The notes beneath the pieces are model-generated. The model saw nothing but the letters and a program-made list of their open reading frames with translations, was not told the origin of the DNA and searched no databases. The translations under genes and the position numbers were made by a program. From Hormiphora californensis (lineage: Eukaryota > Animalia > Ctenophora), in the NCBI GenBank assembly GCA_020137815.1, contig CM035360.1, positions 2,852,001-2,916,000 of the forward strand: a stretch of DNA of 64,000 nt, given 5' to 3'. Below, one piece after another: positions 45,436 to 56,876 of the stretch (the stretch's first letter is position 1; each line of letters starts with the position of its first letter).

Positions 45436-47205
45436 ATGACGAAATCGTTCTCAACAGAGTTTGATGTGGCCTTGTCCGATGAGGTAAACAAATCATCCTT
45501 CACCTGTCGCAAACTTTTTCATGGATTCTTTTGGACCATCAATTCTAAAAGGCTTTCTTCGGGGTTCATCGGCGTTTATCTTCATTGTAAGCCAGTCAAT
45601 ACATCGGGAGAATGGAGCTGCTCTATCGATTATTTATTGAAAGAACTAGAAGGTACGGACGGTAAAGAACTTCGTAATAGTTGCATCTTTTCAAACAGTT
45701 CTCGTACAGGACGGGGCTGCAGTAACTTTAAACCTGATGAGGGAGAAGCTAATATCAAGATTGAGGCCTCTGTTACCATCAAAGATGTCTACATGGGGCA
45801 ACCTATTCTCGCTCCCCTCGAACCAGCTTCAAACAACGTTATGACATTCCATCGCCGTCTTCCTCAATCGACCGAACCATTCTCAACCGTCTTCAGCCAG
45901 GATGCAAACGGACAAACGATTGTTGCAACGGTAAAACTAAATGCAACCGATATGACTGTCCTAGTAACCTCCTATAATAATGAATCAGGCATAATCGAGA
46001 ACAAAACCGGAACTGTGGTCGTAGTGGTGAAACAGGACCCGATTGTACGAAAGATTGGCGACCTAGGAAATTCTATCTACCTGAAGTTGAAGAAGAATAC
46101 GTGGGCTGGAAAGGTTCTAACAATTATGGTCGATGATTTTACCTCTGGGGAAGCACCATCACGAAAAGGGTTGGATTTTGGAAGGCAGTGTTTGTCTGTC
46201 CGACCCCACGGAAATGTCACCTTCAAGTTAAAAGACAAGACTGTCATCCCCCTGAACTCCTACATTCTTGCTGAAAACTCGACTGTCCTGAAAGATCTCA
46301 TCGAGGAGGATGGTAAACTTGATCATGATTTTAGTGATTTCGAGTCTGAGTCTGTTCGCATTTTCATCGATGCCTGTTACTCTGGAACGCTTGAAAAACT
46401 GACTCCTTCTACAGACTTCCGAGTTATCAGAGATTTGACTACCATGGTTACTCAGTTTAATGTCACGTGGGCGACAGGACAATGCCTTGATTTCTTTAAG
46501 AAGAAACTCCCTCAATCACTTGAAAATTTCACGGCTTATTGGGATTTCGCTCTTATGGCTTTGGATCTTTCAGTGAATCTTGGAAATCATTCTTTCTTGG
46601 ATCACTTATTTTCAAGCATTCCAGAAAGGAAAGAGGCTCTAATGTTCCACTTTTCCCATCTTCTGGCAGGAGAAACTGATTGTTCACAAGTTGAGCTTGT
46701 CATGGCGTTGGCTGTTGAATTTCAGCTAGTTCCTGTTTTCGTCCAACAGCTCCACTCTGCCTTAATCTTCAGCAGGAAAACCACGATCATCGATCATATC
46801 CTGGAAAATTTCAACATTTCCCTCTGCGATGAGCAGTACCTAACGATGCTTTCGGACGCTCTGAAGCAGTGTTCCTCGGAACAATTTGCAGAGAGTTTTA
46901 CGGAGGCTTTAGATAGGGAGAAAAAAGGAAATGAGAATACTGAGAAGAAGGAAGGAGGAGATTTACTTCTCAGGGAGGATGGAACGCTGGCAACGCTGGC
47001 TAGGAACCACTGGAGGAATATTGTGGGTTCCACATGGCCTTGCTCTAAAGGAAAACAACCCTTCTCTCTGACAAAAAGGGTACTGTTCAAGGATGTCAAG
47101 GAAGAAGTGGTGGAGATATCAAAAACTGAAGTTAGTGATGAGACAGATGGAAAGGAAAACAATAACCCTAAGAGGAGGAAAACACGGTCTTCAAAGTCTT
47201 CCTGA
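45436..47205 (+). CDS. Intronless MATH-like/BTB protein (array gene D, 589 aa)
   Basis: HGFFWTI..IGVYLHC..EWSCSI; BTB HGNVTFKL..IPLNSYILAENS..FIDACYSG; NLS PKRRKTRS. Confidence 0.92.
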   Translation: MTKSFSTEFDVALSDEVNKSSFTCRKLFHGFFWTINSKRLSSGFIGVYLHCKPVNTSGEWSCSIDYLLKELEGTDGKELRNSCIFSNSSRTGRGCSNFKPDEGEANIKIEASVTIKDVYMGQPILAPLEPASNNVMTFHRRLPQSTEPFSTVFSQDANGQTIVATVKLNATDMTVLVTSYNNESGIIENKTGTVVVVVKQDPIVRKIGDLGNSIYLKLKKNTWAGKVLTIMVDDFTSGEAPSRKGLDFGRQCLSVRPHGNVTFKLKDKTVIPLNSYILAENSTVLKDLIEEDGKLDHDFSDFESESVRIFIDACYSGTLEKLTPSTDFRVIRDLTTMVTQFNVTWATGQCLDFFKKKLPQSLENFTAYWDFALMALDLSVNLGNHSFLDHLFSSIPERKEALMFHFSHLLAGETDCSQVELVMALAVEFQLVPVFVQQLHSALIFSRKTTIIDHILENFNISLCDEQYLTMLSDALKQCSSEQFAESFTEALDREKKGNENTEKKEGGDLLLREDGTLATLARNHWRNIVGSTWPCSKGKQPFSLTKRVLFKDVKEEVVEISKTEVSDETDGKENNNPKRRKTRSSKSS

Positions 47206-47530
47206 ACTGATTATTGTCTTACTTATTTATCGGGCTAAGTGATTGTGAGAAGTAGAGTTGTTGGTGATATCTGACTAAATTTTATAGGGAAACACTTTTT
47301 ATTGGACATTTGTTTTGACACTGATCGCAGGTCAGAAATTGTCGATTGTTTTTTAAAACCAGACTATTATTGTATCCGCTGTATCTTTTAAACAATATTT
47401 TTATAATTTTTATTCCGTACCCCCGTGTTTAATTAAAAAATGATGTAAACCCCTCCCTGTTAATCTAACCCTAACCACCTTCTCCTTCTCCTCAAAAACC
47501 ACCTTCTTCCCTATAGCCCGAGTTGACCAT

Positions 47531-49288
47531 ATGACGAAATCATTCTCAACAGAGTTTGATGTGGCCTTGTCCAATGAGGTAGACAAACTATCCTTCACAA
47601 GGGATAAACTATTTCATGGATTCTTTTGGAGTATCAGTTCTAAGAGGACTTCTTCGGGGTTCATTAGCGTATATCTACATTGTCAATCAGTCAATACCTT
47701 GGCAGAATGGAGCTGCTCTGTCGATTATTCACTGAAAGAGCTAGAAGTTAGAGAATATCGAAATAGCCATACCTTTTCAAGCAGCACTCGTACAGGATGG
47801 GTCTGGAAACATTTTAAACCTGATGGGGGAGAAGCTAATATCAAGATTGAGGCCTCTGTTACCATCAAAGATGTCTACATGGGGCAACCTATTCTCGCTC
47901 CCCTCGAACCAGCTCCAAACAACGTTATGACGTTCCATCTCCGCCTTCCACAATCTACCGAACCATTCTTAGCCGCCCTCAGTCAGGAAGCAAACGGACA
48001 AACGATTGTTGCTATAGTAAAGCTAAATGAAACTGATATGGCTGTCGCGGTAATCTCTTATAATATTGAATCAGGCATAAAAGAGGATAAAACCGGAACT
48101 GTGGTCGTAGTGGTTAAACAGGACCCGATTGTACGAAAGGTTGGCGATCTGGGAAAGTATATCGACCTGAAACTCAAAAAGAATACATGGGCTGGAAAGG
48201 TTCTAACAATTATGGTTGATGATTTTACCTCTGGGGAAGCACCATCGCGAAAAGGAATGGATTTTGGAAGAAAGTGTTTATCTATTAGACCCCACGGAAA
48301 TGTCACCTTCAAGTTAAAAGACAAGATTGTCATCCCTCTAAACTCCTACATTCTTGCTCAAAACTCTTCTGTCCTGCAAAATCTCATCGAGGAGGAGGGT
48401 AAACTTGATCATGATCTCAGCAAATATGAGTCTGAATCAGTTTGCATTTTCATCGATGCCTGTTACTCTGGAACCCTTGAAAAGCTGAGTTCGACTACAG
48501 ACTTCCGGGTTATCAGAGATTTGATTGTCATGGTTACTGAGTTTAATGTCACGTGGGCGAAAGAACAGTGTCTCGATTTATTTCAGCAGAAACTTCCTCA
48601 ATCACTTGAAAATTTCACCGCCTATTGGGATGTCGCTCTTATGGCTTTGAATCTTTCAGTGAATCTTGGAAATCATTACTTCTTGGATCGTCTATTTTCA
48701 AGCATTCCAGAAAGGAAAGAGGCCCTTCTGTTCCACTTTTCCCATCTTCTGGCAGGAGAAACTGATTGTTCACAAGTTGAGCTTGTCATGGCGTTGGCTG
48801 TTGAATTTCAGCTAGTTCCTGTTTTTGTCCAACTGCTCCACTCTGCCTTAATCTTCAGCAAGAAAACCACGATCATCGATCATATCCTGGAAAATTTCAA
48901 CTTTTCTCTCTGCGATGAGCAGTATCTAACGATGCTTTCGGACGCTCTGAAGCAGTGCTCCTCGGAACAATTTGCAGAGAGTTTTATGGAGGCTTTAGAT
49001 AGGGAGAAAAAAGAAGGTGAGAATACTGGGAAGAAGGAAGGAGGAGATCTAGTTCTCAGGGAGGATGGAACCCTGGCAACGCTGGCTAGGAACCACTGGA
49101 GGAAAATCGTGGGTTCCACATTTCCTTGCTCTAAAGAAAAACCCTTCTCTCTGACAGAAAGGGTACTGTTCAAGGATGTTAAGGAAGAAGTGGTGGAGAT
49201 AACAAAAACTGAAGTTAGTGATGAGAGAGATGGAAAGGAAAACAATAACCCTAAGAGGAGGAAAACACGGTCTTCAAAGTCTTCCTGA
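47531..49288 (+). CDS. Intronless MATH-like/BTB protein (array gene E, 585 aa; close paralog of D)
   Basis: Same architecture as D; C-terminal third almost identical to D, MATH region diverged. Confidence 0.92.
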   Translation: MTKSFSTEFDVALSNEVDKLSFTRDKLFHGFFWSISSKRTSSGFISVYLHCQSVNTLAEWSCSVDYSLKELEVREYRNSHTFSSSTRTGWVWKHFKPDGGEANIKIEASVTIKDVYMGQPILAPLEPAPNNVMTFHLRLPQSTEPFLAALSQEANGQTIVAIVKLNETDMAVAVISYNIESGIKEDKTGTVVVVVKQDPIVRKVGDLGKYIDLKLKKNTWAGKVLTIMVDDFTSGEAPSRKGMDFGRKCLSIRPHGNVTFKLKDKIVIPLNSYILAQNSSVLQNLIEEEGKLDHDLSKYESESVCIFIDACYSGTLEKLSSTTDFRVIRDLIVMVTEFNVTWAKEQCLDLFQQKLPQSLENFTAYWDVALMALNLSVNLGNHYFLDRLFSSIPERKEALLFHFSHLLAGETDCSQVELVMALAVEFQLVPVFVQLLHSALIFSKKTTIIDHILENFNFSLCDEQYLTMLSDALKQCSSEQFAESFMEALDREKKEGENTGKKEGGDLVLREDGTLATLARNHWRKIVGSTFPCSKEKPFSLTERVLFKDVKEEVVEITKTEVSDERDGKENNNPKRRKTRSSKSS

Positions 49289-49616
49289 GCTGATTCTTGT
49301 CATACTTGCTTATCGGGCTATGTGATTGTGAGAATTAAAGTTGTTTGCGATATCTGACTAAATTTTATAGGGAAACTCTTCTTATTGGACATTTGTTTTG
49401 ACACTGATCGCAAGTTAGAAATTGCCGATTGTTTTTTAAAACCAGACTAGTATTTTCATTATATCCGCTGTATTTTTTAATCAATATTTTATTAAAAAAA
49501 AAAAAATCTGTACCCCCGTGTTTAATTATAAAATGCTGTATACTATTCCCTGTTAATCTAACCTCAACCACTTCTCCCCTATAGCTCGGGGTTGACACTT
49601 GTTGACAGACGACTAC

Positions 49617-49631
49617 ATGACGAAATTGTTT
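49617..49631 (+). pseudogene. 5' stub of a deleted D/E-type paralog (F)
   Basis: The spacer 49289-49616 copies the D-E spacer and is followed by atgacgaaattgtt (cf. atgacgaaatcgtt in D); homology then stops. Confidence 0.6.
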
Positions 49632-50812
49632 AGAGTGACCTAAAAAGTGGGAAGTCCATTAAGGAAGGACTAAGGAGTTTGTGTGGTGTTTCCAGGGAAA
49701 TACAAGACTTTCACCCAGTGAGCTTGTTAAATCAGGTCAGCTCATCACCCATTAATTACATGTTAATTCTCAGTTCAAGATTGTTAGTTGTTAGGCAATA
49801 TAATGATTCTTTTCTCAATTTCAGAGCACACGAGTACGACAGAGAAGCTTAATGAGGAAAACACGTTGATACTTGGCAAGAGAGGAGTTGTACGTAAAAT
49901 GAACTTAGTTAGACACGGAGACTGTAGATGGGCTACTAATTCTTGTAACAGTGGTGCTCTGTCATATTGGCCGCCCGCACAGGCCAGACATTTTTCGAGT
50001 GTCGAGTGTCTACTAGTAGGAGCGCTTAGAACATGCATGTGCAAAAGTCGCGCCCGTCTAAGACAATCTAAAAACGCAATTGATGTTAGCTTCGTAGACC
50101 GCATCGTAGGTAACGCTTTATGTGCTGTGGGCGGCCAATATTTTGAAGTGCTCTACAGCTTTAATTGGAAAGTCTTTGAGCAGTGTTTGGTGTTGTGTAA
50201 TGACATTGGTCCCGTAATTTTTGATAGTAGAAGCGCTTAGATCAGCACATGCCAAAAGTCGCACACCACCCTTTTTGTGCATTTTCATAGCTCCTTTATT
50301 TCGCATCCGATCATAAAATGACCTTCGAGTTTTCAAAAGATCTCATCGAGATCTACAAATACTTGAGGGTCATTTTTTCCCGCCCTGGTAAAGGTCGAAG
50401 GCCTTCACCCGGATGCCTTTTACAAAAAGGCATAGGGGTTTAGAAATCTAACGGACATAGTGTGGCGGCTGGCGCGCAATGTTTTATTTGCACGTCGGAA
50501 ACTTGTTGTGGCTGTATTTTGGCTCTCACGCCTTTGTTTCTTGACCGATTTCGTCGATCAAAAGTTTTATGGACTCACAAAATTATGTTCTTTCCGGTGA
50601 TATGCGGTTTTATGCCGTAAAGTGAGAGCAAGTGGGGGCTGTCACGCTGCGCACGAAAAGGGGGGTGACAACTTCAAAAAATCCGACTTCAGCCGCTCAA
50701 TTATTCTCGAATTTTAATTTCTCTTGTTTTGGTGGGATTGTTGGGATATAAATGGAGATGGGAGCGACTAACCGGTTTCTAACAGTTCCAAACTCCTTTA
50801 GGACCAGCAGTT

Positions 50813-52676
50813 ATGACGTATCAGTTCTCTAAAACACTTTACCCGTTGTTGCCAAAAAGTAAGGATGATGAAGCAATTGTGAGTGAAAAAGAACCAAATC
50901 ATGGCTTTTTCTGGTACCTCATGTTAAAGATTCAGCCGAACGGTTTACTGAAAATATCCTTGCATTGTGAGCCAGTGGACACCGTTACAGAATGGAGTTG
51001 TACAACTTCATTTAAAATTAAACCAACCTTTACAATGGATAGTCTTCGTAAGGGCTTAAACAACAATAAAGAATGGAAAAGTTCTGTTTCAGCATACTCA
51101 TCCAGTACTCAAAAGATCGGTTGCGGAAATACATGGGTCATACCTCCGGTCCACGATGAGAAGATTTTTATTGATATCGAGGTCACCATACAAGACATTT
51201 ACCTGGGCCAACCAATCCTTACACCAGTCGGGCCATCATCACACGATGTAGCCCTGTTTCACCGAAGATTTCCTTCCACCAAAATATCCGGTACAGTGGT
51301 TACAAGTTGTGCCGCAAATGAGAGGATTTGGGTCGTCCACACTCACTACGAAAACGGTTATCTGAGCTTTTTTGTTTCCTGTTACCATGACAAACTCGGA
51401 CAGCAGATACATCATATATCTGGGAATGTGATTATTCATCTCAAACTGGATCTGGTATTAAAAAATGTTGGAGTTTATGGAAATTGGATTCAGTTCAATA
51501 TTGACAATGATGCTTTTTGTGGAAAGGTTGTGACGTTTATCGTCGATGAATTTCATGAATACTCACCCCCTAGAGGAAAATACTTTGGAGAGAGGTCATT
51601 CGGTACTATCCATGGGAATGTTCGATTCATTTCAAAAGATGAAGATCGAGAACTTGGGGTAAGTGAACATCGTGCAAACTCCTACATTCTTGCCCAAAAC
51701 TCTCCTGTTTTCGAGAAACTTATCAAGAAAGATAAGAAACTCGAATACGATTTCTCCCACTATCATCCGGACACTGTTATGTTATTTATCGAAGCCTGTT
51801 ATTCTGGAAGACTTTCCATTAGAGACGGTTGGCCGAACTTGAAACTTTTCGGAGATTTTGCCACGATGGTGATACGATTCAAAGTCAAATGGGCCGAAGA
51901 GGCGTTCCTGTATTACTTCAAAAGAAGACTACAGACCCCAAGATATATCAACCCAGATGCAGATTTCGGCAACTACTGGCAGCACGCACTCTTGGCATTG
52001 GATTTTTCGATGGAACTAAAGAACCATTCCTTTCTGAACCTCCTATTCTCTAGTATCTCTGAAAACAAGATTTTGTTCAGCTTTGAACTGTCTGGAATGT
52101 TGACAGAGTCCACTGAAACCCTGCAGATGGAGTTGCTTATGGCATTAGCCGTCGAGTATGACCTTGTTCCCTCTCTTTGTGCAACAACTCCATAGCGTTT
52201 TAACTTTTGAGAACAAGAAGTCTCCCATTATCGATCACATTCTTGAAAACTTCAACTTTTCTCTATGCGATGTGAAGCACCTAGAAATGGTTTCTGGATC
52301 GCTGAAAGAATACTCATCTGAAGAATGTGCTGAAAACTTCATCAAGACTGTAAAAGTTGAGAAGAAATCGAGAAGAAAGCTGAGGAAGAAAGCTGGACAA
52401 GGTATTTGAAAGCGATGGATCGCTGATAATCCCTGGCTCGGAACCACTGGTCCAACATAACAAATTCGTCGTGGCCTTGTACCAAAAGAAGACCATTTTC
52501 CCTCTTCAAAAGGGAGCTCCTGAAGGAAGTGGGAAATGTGGGCAAGGATGAGGAGAAGGAAAATAACGTTACCATGGTTACCAATGGTTACCAAGGTTAC
52601 AGAAAGGAGGGAGGAGGATGAGAGGAAGAAAAATAACAATCCAAAAAAGAGGAAAATAAGGAAGTCAGGACATTGA
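50813..52676 (+). CDS. Divergent MATH-like/BTB protein (array gene G) with apparent frameshifts
   Basis: HGFFWYL..ISLHCEP..EWSC; BTB HGNVRF..ANSYILAQNSPVFEKLI..FIEACYSG. It continues after frameshifts at ~52169, ~52405 and ~52580 to NNNPKKRKIRKSGH*. Confidence 0.8.
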
Positions 52677-52886
52677 TTTGAAGGAATTCGCTCACAAGAT
52701 ACGAGTTGTGACAAATGTAGACAGAAGAAATTGACAGTGTTTATTTTTATAATTCAAACAGTTTTTTATTCAGCACTTTTTAAAATTGTAAAGGGTCGTT
52801 GAACACCAGTTTGACACCCTCATAACCAAGTAATTAACTTATTAACATTAACAAGTAAATAACTTATTTTTTAATCATTTTCAATA

Positions 52887-53741
52887 CAGTCGGACCCCGA
52901 TTTAACGGCACCCTCGGGGGAAAGGGTTTTGTCCGTTAAATCGGGGTGTCCGTTAAATCGGGGTAGAGCATATTTGGCCCCTAAAACCCTATTTTTGTCC
53001 AAAATGCTATACTAAAACACCTCTAAGCTGTTAAATGCAATGTCTATGTATTGATTACATGATCATTTCTGATTAGAAAAAGAAAGTACATAGTTTCAAA
53101 ATAATTTCAAAATAAGTTAAAAAAACTTTTTAAGGTACTACCAATATCAACCACGTCCGAATCGTTTATCGAATCAATGCATCTCATCGCATGTCTTGCT
53201 GCTAATTAGACGAACCGATACGTGATACCATGCCGAATCGGGGCACTTTAAGCGGGGTGAGGAAGAATTTGAATTTCAAAAAATATTTTTCTCTGAAAAT
53301 TCATGGAGAGCACCGATCAAAGCATTGACAATCATTCTGTAAAATTTTGCAAAAAAAAGTCATGAAAAGGTAACTCAACCACGTCCGAATCGTGTTTCGA
53401 ATCAGTGCATCTTATCGCACGTCCTGTCGCTAATTAGACGGTTCGAAACGAACCGATACGTGATCCCCATGAGGCCAGTTTAACAAGCGTCAAAATTGCG
53501 ATTCGATGGGCCTCATGGGGATCACATATCTGTTCGTTTCGAAACGTCTAATTACCGGCAAGACATGCAATAAGATGCACCGATTCGAAACACGATTCGG
53601 ACGTGGTTTTTCAACAACAAAAAATTCAAAAAAATTCAAAAAAAATTCAAAAAAAAAGTTCAAACAATTTTGGGGGAAATTTATCCTGCCGTTAAATCGG
53701 GGTGCCGCTAAATCGGGGGCCGTTAAATCGGGGTCCGACTG
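52887..53741 (+). mobile_element. Tc1/mariner-pogo-type non-autonomous element (same TIR family)
   Basis: ta|cagtcggaccccgattta...taaatcggggtccgactg|ta. Confidence 0.92.
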
Positions 53742-54157
53742 TACAACATGTACAAGATGAGTTTAAATTTGTTTCACTCTCGTATCCAATTGCCCCAATA
53801 CAATATCTTATACATTCACGTTTTGTAGGGCTATATGATTTTGTGAAAGTTTCCTGTCAGTTCCTATAATACCGCTAACACATGGACAAGAGAAACAATG
53901 CACCGCTAGCTCACAGGTAATTCCAGGGGTTTCCAAAATCGGGGCAATGGCGAATGTACAGGTAGCATTGCAAAATGGGTGTGTGATATAAGTTGTTGTA
54001 TTGCCCCACTTGCTATATTGCACTTTTCTTGGTTAGGGTACAATATTGTTCATATTTCTCTCAAATCTGAATGTGATCCAACCGATTCAAGCTTAATCGG
54101 GGCGCAGTGCAAGGTACAGTCAAACCAAACCAATTCTTGAAGAGTTCTGCATTTCAG

Positions 54158-56520
54158 GGCGAGTTTGGCGTCCCGTTTGGCCAGCACCAGTGGAGAAGTG
54201 AAGGGGATCAGTAGGAAGGAGTTTAAACCCACTATACCAACGAGGCGAAAGAAACCTAGTAATCAGCCAAAACAGGACCCTCCAACCTGTTGCAGTAGAT
54301 CAGAGCTCCAGACCTGCTGGTTCAGATAGTTCGGAGCGGTTTAAAAATAGAATTAATAATCCTAAACAGAAGGAAGTAAGTATTTAGGATTGGTGGATTA
54401 TATGTGTCATTTGTTTTTCATTCATCGATTCGATCATAAATTCATTGTTAAAGTAAGAGTGGCGCGCCGTGTTTTCTCACAAAACTTAGTGGATGAACGG
54501 GGAGTACCACCAGGACCATTGGTACGGTATCGAAAATTTCCAATTCTGTCTCGTTCATTAGTTATGACGTAATATGTTCATTATTTCAACTTTCATAAAA
54601 TTGCTCTACAGAAAAATCTGTGCATTGTGGATTGAAATGTATGCTCGCATCGTGTTCAGCGTCAAAAAATAGTCGGGGTATCAAATTTTGGCGTCTCTAC
54701 CTTGTCTGTGACGCGAGATATCGACAATTATCAAAAACGACCAAAATGGGTGAGAGAGAGATTGTTACTTTTGGGTGCTAGTAGTTTGTGCGCACCACCC
54801 AAAAGTAACAAACTCTCTTTCTCTCACTTTGGTCGTTTTTTATATTTGTCAATATCTCGCGTCACAGACAAGGTAGAGACACCAAAATTTGGTACCCCGA
54901 CTATTTTTTGACGCTGAACACGATGCAATTATCCATTTCAATCCACAATGCACAGATTTTTCTGTAGAGCAATTTTATGAAAGTTGAAATAATGAACATA
55001 TTACGTCATAACTAATGAACGAGACAGAATTGGAAATTTTCGATACCATTCCAATGGTCCTGGTGGTACTCCCCGTTCATCCACTAAGTTTTGTGAGAAA
55101 ACACGGCACGCCACTCTTACTTTAAGATGCACGAACACATTCCCCTATAACTTGACGCCTACCACTATATTACAGGGTGGTAAAAAGGGAAAGTCATTTA
55201 ACACATTCCCCTAACTTGACGCCTACCACTATATTACAGGGTGGTAAAAAGGGAAAGTCATTTAGGAAGGAGTATGTGAGGGCCAGCACAGGGCTCTTTG
55301 GTGAATCTGAGACTAAATTTGATGTTGGCGAGGATCCTTTCAGCTCAGGTAATAGCCCCCCCCCCCCCCCCCCCCCGGTTAGTAGTAGCTTAAAGGCTGC
55401 AGACTGTTTTAGTTCTCCATTCTCTTTCCGTATTCTGTCGATTAAGTTGAGAGTTCTCGTCTGAACCACCTACAGCTACCATTAACCATTATTACTTCTT
55501 TATTCCAGAGCGTACGATAGCGGAACTTGAAGAGGAAAAGAACGCTGATCCATTTCGGGAGAGTAGCAATGAGTTGACCCCAGTTACATTACCAATAAAC
55601 CCTAGAATCGAGTGCAAGAGCAAACTATCGGTTAGTGAAAAATATCCAGCTTTCAATAATATATTTTCATGTTAAAACTAATTAACTCAGTGAGGAAGTT
55701 TAGTTTTCTCCTTCCGGCTGCACATAATGAGTAGACGGGTTTTTACTGTGTTAAATCATGTTTTCTGATTTATACCCTTTTCATATCAGGTTGGTAAAAA
55801 GCAGGAAAAAAGTGAGGAGGACACACACGATACATCGATTGTTGAACTGCTAAACAGATCAGTGGATGACACGACAGAGAGCACTTACCTTATCAACCTG
55901 CCCGATGTACTACCAAGTGAGTGATCGAGACTTTCCATTCTTAGTTATTAGAAGCTTAGCCAGTCTTATAAAAACTCAATGCATATAAATACTTTGGAGT
56001 TTGGGGGAAATTTAACAAGGCCTAGAATCCGCGGCCAGAACTGTTTCTCATTTCATCTTACTGGTCTCACTATACCCAACTAACTTCATTCCCCCCATTT
56101 CAGTACCCACAGAGAAACAGGATGCCCACGACATCCACTCCCTCCCTGAAGGGTTCCTGGGACGGTTACAGCTCCTCAGATCAGGCAAGGCTCGTCTCAT
56201 GATAGGAGATGTACCCTTTGACGTGGAAATCAACAGTAAATCAGGGTTCCTACAGGTACATACTAAAGTTGTGATAGAATATAATTATTATAATTAGATA
56301 GTCTCTCTTCAAGCACTCTTAACTAACATGGAATACTAATCACTAATAGTGTCTAAAACAATAACTTCTTGTTACCATGGATACAGCTGCTTAATTATGA
56401 TTAATGTTCCAGGAAGTGTTATGTAGTCAGACGGAAGCAATGAGTAAAGGGATGTTAGCGAACCTCGGTACCGTCCCCTACTCCATCTCTGTCACCCCAA
56501 ACCTGGACAATATAACTTGA
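54158..56520 (+). CDS. POLR3D: RNA polymerase III subunit RPC4; start exon uncertain
   Basis: Approximate exons: 54158-54375 (RKEFKPTIPTRRKKP; one apparent +1 frameshift at ~54281), 55239-55348, 55509-55630, 55790-55916 (YLINLPDVLP), 56104-56254 (LPEGFLGRLQLLRSGKARLMIGDVPFDV..GFLQ) and 56413-56520 (EV..LGTV..VTPNLDNIT*). The last three form the RPC4 C-terminal domain. Confidence 0.9.
54452..55121. mobile_element. Almost fully palindromic Kolobok-like MITE in a POLR3D intron
   Basis: ttaa|agtaagagtggcg...cgccactcttact|ttaa; arms complementary over ~325 bp with a short loop near 54785. Confidence 0.9.
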
Positions 56521-56681
56521 TAACATCACTTGTGATGTGTTCTGCCCTCTATCTTGGAAGGAGGAGAATTGGGCAGGAACATATTAGGGGACTATTTTAG
56601 ATTTGAAGCACTGAATAAGTTATTATTTGAACCCGTTTTATTCAGTCTAGTCTATCATCGTCTATTTCAGACTCTCGCCTG

Positions 56682-56789
56682 CACGACCGACCGACACAAG
56701 TAAACAATCAATCAAAACTCGTTATTTAGGTCACGTGACTTGTTATCAGCCAATCAGGAACCAGTATTCCCTGATTCGGTCGGTTCCTG
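56682..56789 (+). mobile_element. ~110 bp hAT-like MITE copy between POLR3D and CPSF2
   Basis: Same body as 9220; left TIR degenerate. Confidence 0.85.
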
Positions 56790-56876
56790 GTTAAAATATT
56801 TGAACAATACACCGACTGATAAAGTGTGGTATCTCCATCAATATCAGTTCTTATCTCAATTTCATATCTAGCCGCG

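Noticed and set aside
49784-50336. 150-aa ORF and overlapping ORFs inside the array
   Set aside because: No similarity to the array genes or a known family; lies in probable transposon-derived filler
33186-52714. Antisense ORFs over the MATH-BTB genes
   Set aside because: Shadows of the plus-strand coding sequence; they recur only because the genes are paralogous
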